In this document: positions 60,546 to 64,000 of the stretch, piece by piece
How positions within the stretch are numbered: position 1 is the stretch's first letter
Layout: each line of letters starts with the position of its first letter
From: an uncultured delta proteobacterium
GTDB taxonomy: Bacteria; Desulfobacterota; Syntrophia; Syntrophales; UBA5619
DNA: 64,000 nucleotides
Direction: 5' to 3'
Assembly: GCA_963817385.1 (NCBI GenBank)
Contig: CAWFOM010000001.1
Location: 160,001-224,000 of the forward strand
Notes under the pieces: model-generated
The model's database searches: none
The model's input: only the letters and a program-made list of their open reading frames with translations
Told to the model about the DNA's origin: nothing
Translations under genes and position numbers: made by a program

Positions 60546-62045
60546 TCAGCCGGTGATGTCGCCCCGCCGTTTGCGCACGGCGGGCAGCACCATCACGATC
60601 AGGATCAGGATCGTGGCAATGATAAACGCAAGGCTGATCGGCTCGCGTGACGAACACCGAGGGATCGCCGTTCGAGACCTGCAGCGCCCGCCGGAGGTTT
60701 TCCTCCATCATCGGCCCCAGGACGAACCCGAGGAGCATCGGCACCGGGCTGCACCCGAGCAGCCTCCACACAATGCCGAGGATACCGAAGAGCGCCGCGA
60801 GGTAGACGTCGAACGAGACGTTGTTCGAGCTGTAGATGCCGATGGCGGAAAATACCATGATGGCGGGGAAGAGCAGGCGATAGGGAACCTTCAGCAGGCT
60901 CACCCAGAGGCCGACCAGCGGCAGGTTGAGGACGACGAGCATGAGGTTCCCGATCCACATGCTCGCGACCAGCCCCCAGAAGAGGTCGGGTTTCTGGGTC
61001 ATCACCGTCGGCCCCGGCGTGATGCCGTGGATCATGAGCGCCCCGAGCATCAGCGCCATCGTCCCGCTCGCGGGAATCCCCAGGGTGAGCATCGGGATGA
61101 ACTTGCACTGCGCGTCCGCGTTGTTGGCGGCCTCGGGCGCCGCCACGCCCTCGATCGCACCGTGGCCGAAACGCGACGGGTCCTTGGCGGCCTTCTTCTC
61201 GACCATGTAGGACGCAAACGAGGCGATCGACGGTCCGGTGCCGGGCAGCACGCCGAAGAACGCCCCGAGGACGGTTCCTCTGATGATCGGGGCGATGGAC
61301 TGCTTCATGTCCTGCGAGCGTCGGGTAGAGGCTCCCCACCCGGGAGGTGAAGATCGTCCGCTCCTCCGGATCGCTGAGGTTGCTGATGATTTCGCCCACC
61401 GCGAACACCCCCACGGCGATGATCACGAAACCGATCCCGTCCGCCAGCTCGTAGAAGCCGAAACAGAAGCGCTTGACGCCGGAATCGACGTCGGAACCCA
61501 CGATGCCGAGCAGCAGGCCCACCACCACCATCGCGAGCGACTTGAGCATGTCGCCCTGGGCGAGCACCGCCGCGGCGACCAGGCCCATCAGCATCAGCGA
61601 GAAATATTCCGGCGAACCGAACTTCAGCGCCATATCGGCGAGCGGCGGACCGAACATGGCGACAATCAGCGTACAGACGGTGCCGGCGAAGAACGAGCCG
61701 ATGGCCGCGATCGCGAGCGCCGCTCCGGCGCGCCCCTGCCGCGCCATCTGGTAGCCGTCGATGCAGGTGATCACCGACGAGGTCTCACCCGGGAGATTGA
61801 CCAGGATGGAGGTCGTCGAGCCGCCGTACTGGGCGCCGTAGTAGATGCCGGCCAGCATGATCAGCGCCGCGACCGGCGGGACGTTGTAGGTGAGCGGCAG
61901 CAGCATCGCGATCGTCGCCATCGGCCCGATGCCGGGCAAAACGCCGATCAACGTGCCCACCAGAACGCCGATGAAGCAGTAGAGCAGGTTCTGCAGCGGA
62001 GAACGCGACGCTGAACCCGAAGATCAGATTGTGGAACAGTTCCAT
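60546..62045 (-). CDS. tctA: Tripartite tricarboxylate transporter large subunit (several frameshifts)
   Basis: GVLPGIGP, YYGAQYGGS, PEAANNA, LTLGIP. Confidence 0.88.
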
Positions 62046-62058
62046 GGCGATCTCCTTG

Positions 62059-62511
62059 TCAGAATCCCTTGATCAGGGGGTAGGGCAGTCCGAGACCCCA
62101 GATGAACAAGGCCGCCGAGGCCACGGTCAGAAGCACGGTGAGCAGCGAGACCTCGACGAACTTGAACTCCCTGCCCGAGGCCGCCGATACGAAGACCAGG
62201 GCCACCAGCGCCGGGATGAAGCCCGCCTTCTCCATCAGGACGCCGAACAGGACCAGGGAGAGGGGCAGCATGATCAGGGCCCTGAGCGACAAACTTCCCT
62301 GGATCTTCTCACCGCTCTTCAGCCCCACGGCCATGATGCAGATGCCGAACGCGATGAGGACCCCGCCCAGTATGGTCGGAAAGAAGCCGGGCCCCATGCG
62401 CAGCGCGCTGCCGAACCGGTAATCCCGGGAGATGAACATCGCCGCCGCGCCGATTGCGATCAACATCATACCGGCCCAGAAATCCTTGTTTTTGCGTAAC
62501 TCAATCTTCAT
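62059..62511 (-). CDS. tctB: Tripartite tricarboxylate transporter small subunit
   Basis: RMGPGFFP, FIWGLGLPYP; 4-5 TM segments. Confidence 0.85.
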   Translation of the reverse strand: MKIELRKNKDFWAGMMLIAIGAAAMFISRDYRFGSALRMGPGFFPTILGGVLIAFGICIMAVGLKSGEKIQGSLSLRALIMLPLSLVLFGVLMEKAGFIPALVALVFVSAASGREFKFVEVSLLTVLLTVASAALFIWGLGLPYPLIKGF

Positions 62512-62694
62512 CGGGAACTCCTCGTTGGAGAAAACTTCAAATCGAGGGACGACCGGATCCCCGCCGAGCATCGGCGGGATGGTGAAGGGCACGCAGACAG
62601 CCGCCGGTCCCGGGAAATTCCCCGGCACCGGCGGCGTCCCGGCCGCTCAACCGTAAATCTCCCTTAGGACAATGACGTGCCTGTGCTGTTGCTT

Positions 62695-63692
62695 CTACTC
62701 CACCTTGATGTTGGCCTCTTTGACGACCTTGCCCCATTTGGTGATCTCTTTCTCAATGAAGGGGCCGAATTCAGCCGGACCGAGATAGTCCACATCCGCC
62801 CCTTCCTTCTGGAACAGCTTCTGCACTTCCGCCGAGGTCAGGAGTGTCTTGATCTCCTTGTTCAGCCTCTCGACGATCGGCGCCGGCGTGCCGGCCGGCG
62901 CAAGGATACCCCACCAGTTGGTCGCTTCGTACCCGGGAACGCCGCCTCCGCAATCGTCGGCACATTGGGCAGGATAGTGCTGCGCTTCAGTCCGCCGGTG
63001 CCCAGGATCCGGAATTTTCCGGACTGGATATGGGGCAGCGTCTGAATGAGCGAGCCGAGCGAAAACTGGCTGTGGCCCCCGAGCTGGTCGATCATCGCCG
63101 GGCCGCCCCCCTTGAACTGCACGATCTTGAAATCGATATCCGCCATCATCTTGAAGAGCTCGGTTCCCATGTGCTGGAAGCTGCCGACACCCGCGACATC
63201 CGCAGATCAACTGGCCGGGCTTCTGCTTTCAGCAAGCGCGATGAGCTCCTTCACCGTATTGGCCGGAACGCTCGGATGGACGGTGAGGGAGTTCGGTCCG
63301 CTCCCCAGCTTCGCGATCGGGGTAAAGGATTTCACCGGATCGAACGGAAGCTTGTAGAGCGCGGGATTAAAGGCATATGCGGCAGAGACGATGAGCAGCG
63401 TGTAGCCGTCCGGCTCCGCCTTCGCCGCCATCTCCGAGCCGAGAACGCCTCCCGCGCCGCCGCGGTTGTCGACGACCACCTGCTTGCCGAGGCTTTCCGA
63501 CAATTTTGTGGCGATCAGGCGCCCGACGATGTCGTTGCTCCCCCCCGGCGGGAACGGGATGATAAGCCGTATCGGCTTGCTCGGAAAAGAGTCTGCCGCC
63601 GCAAAACCCGAAACCACTGAGACCGCAAGCGCCAAGACGAGCGCCAGCAGTATCCCGAAAGTCTTGAACAGCCTTGATTCCTTCTTTTTCAT
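62695..63692 (-). CDS. tctC: Tripartite tricarboxylate transporter substrate-binding protein (Bug/TctC), frameshifted
   Basis: FPSKPIRLIIPFPPGGSND, NRGGAGG, PDGYTL, FKGGGPA, APAGTP. Confidence 0.88.
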
Positions 63693-64000
63693 ACATTCTC
63701 CTTTCATACGCTGGAATAGAACATCCGATGCACCACTAAGGCAAACGACGATGTAATCTGATCATCGTCACTGAATCCGCCGGCACACACACCGCAGCTC
63801 GCCGCGGGGTAAGCGTCAGAAACGGTATGTTCCTCTTAGAATAGAAGATTTTCCGCAACTTGCCCCAGGAGAGCTTCAATCCTGTCGGATCTTGTCTCCT
63901 CAAGCGCGGCAGGGAGAACATAGGACAATTCAGCGCGGAATGCAACCCGGGTTTTTATCCGGCGCTGTCGATCAACTTTTTCAAATCACGACGGGTACTT

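Noticed and set aside
62560..62635. Hairpins between tctC and tctB as a novel RNA
   Set aside because: Intercistronic stem-loops after binding-protein genes are common mRNA stabilisers; single copy, no further support
15470..63692. Many frameshifted genes (fadB-like, ku, mgtA, vapC, cupin, lutC, lutB, epimerase, tctA, tctC) as programmed frameshifting or mass pseudogenisation
   Set aside because: Single-base indels are scattered without premature-stop decay or shared slippery motifs, so uncorrected long-read error is more parsimonious; only the IS3 A7G site is credible. Read polishing would decide.

Overview
GC-rich bacterial DNA, by gene content most likely an anaerobic Desulfobacterota/Syntrophales-like organism (inference), with many single-base frameshifts that look like long-read assembly errors. 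Left to right: transport and metabolic genes (APC permease, signal-peptide-bearing SAM methyltransferase, class A beta-lactamase homolog lacking E166, Mo-bisPGD oxidoreductase, UroD/MtaA-corrinoid fusion, soluble chemoreceptor, MFS/amidase, FadB-like enzyme); an NHEJ cluster (two Ku, split LigD, DUF72); mgtA; then two minus-strand integron cassette arrays (about 26.1-38.1 kb and 44.2-46.8 kb). The arrays carry attC sites, four toxin-antitoxin cassettes, an IS3-family insertion and a 3' remnant of an 'inverted' integron integrase. Each array is headed by a copy of the same ~205-bp unit: back-to-back sigma70 promoters plus a ~110-nt candidate structured RNA with covarying stems. Between the arrays lie a CoA transferase, DUF429 and an EndoQ-UvrD fusion. 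The right end holds LUD lactate-oxidation genes, mobB, and an operon with a tripartite tricarboxylate transporter, RraA-family aldolase, carboxyltransferase, epimerase, an atypical B12 acyl-CoA mutase, CoA transferase and Na+-decarboxylase membrane subunits. No rRNA, tRNA or CRISPR array was recognised.
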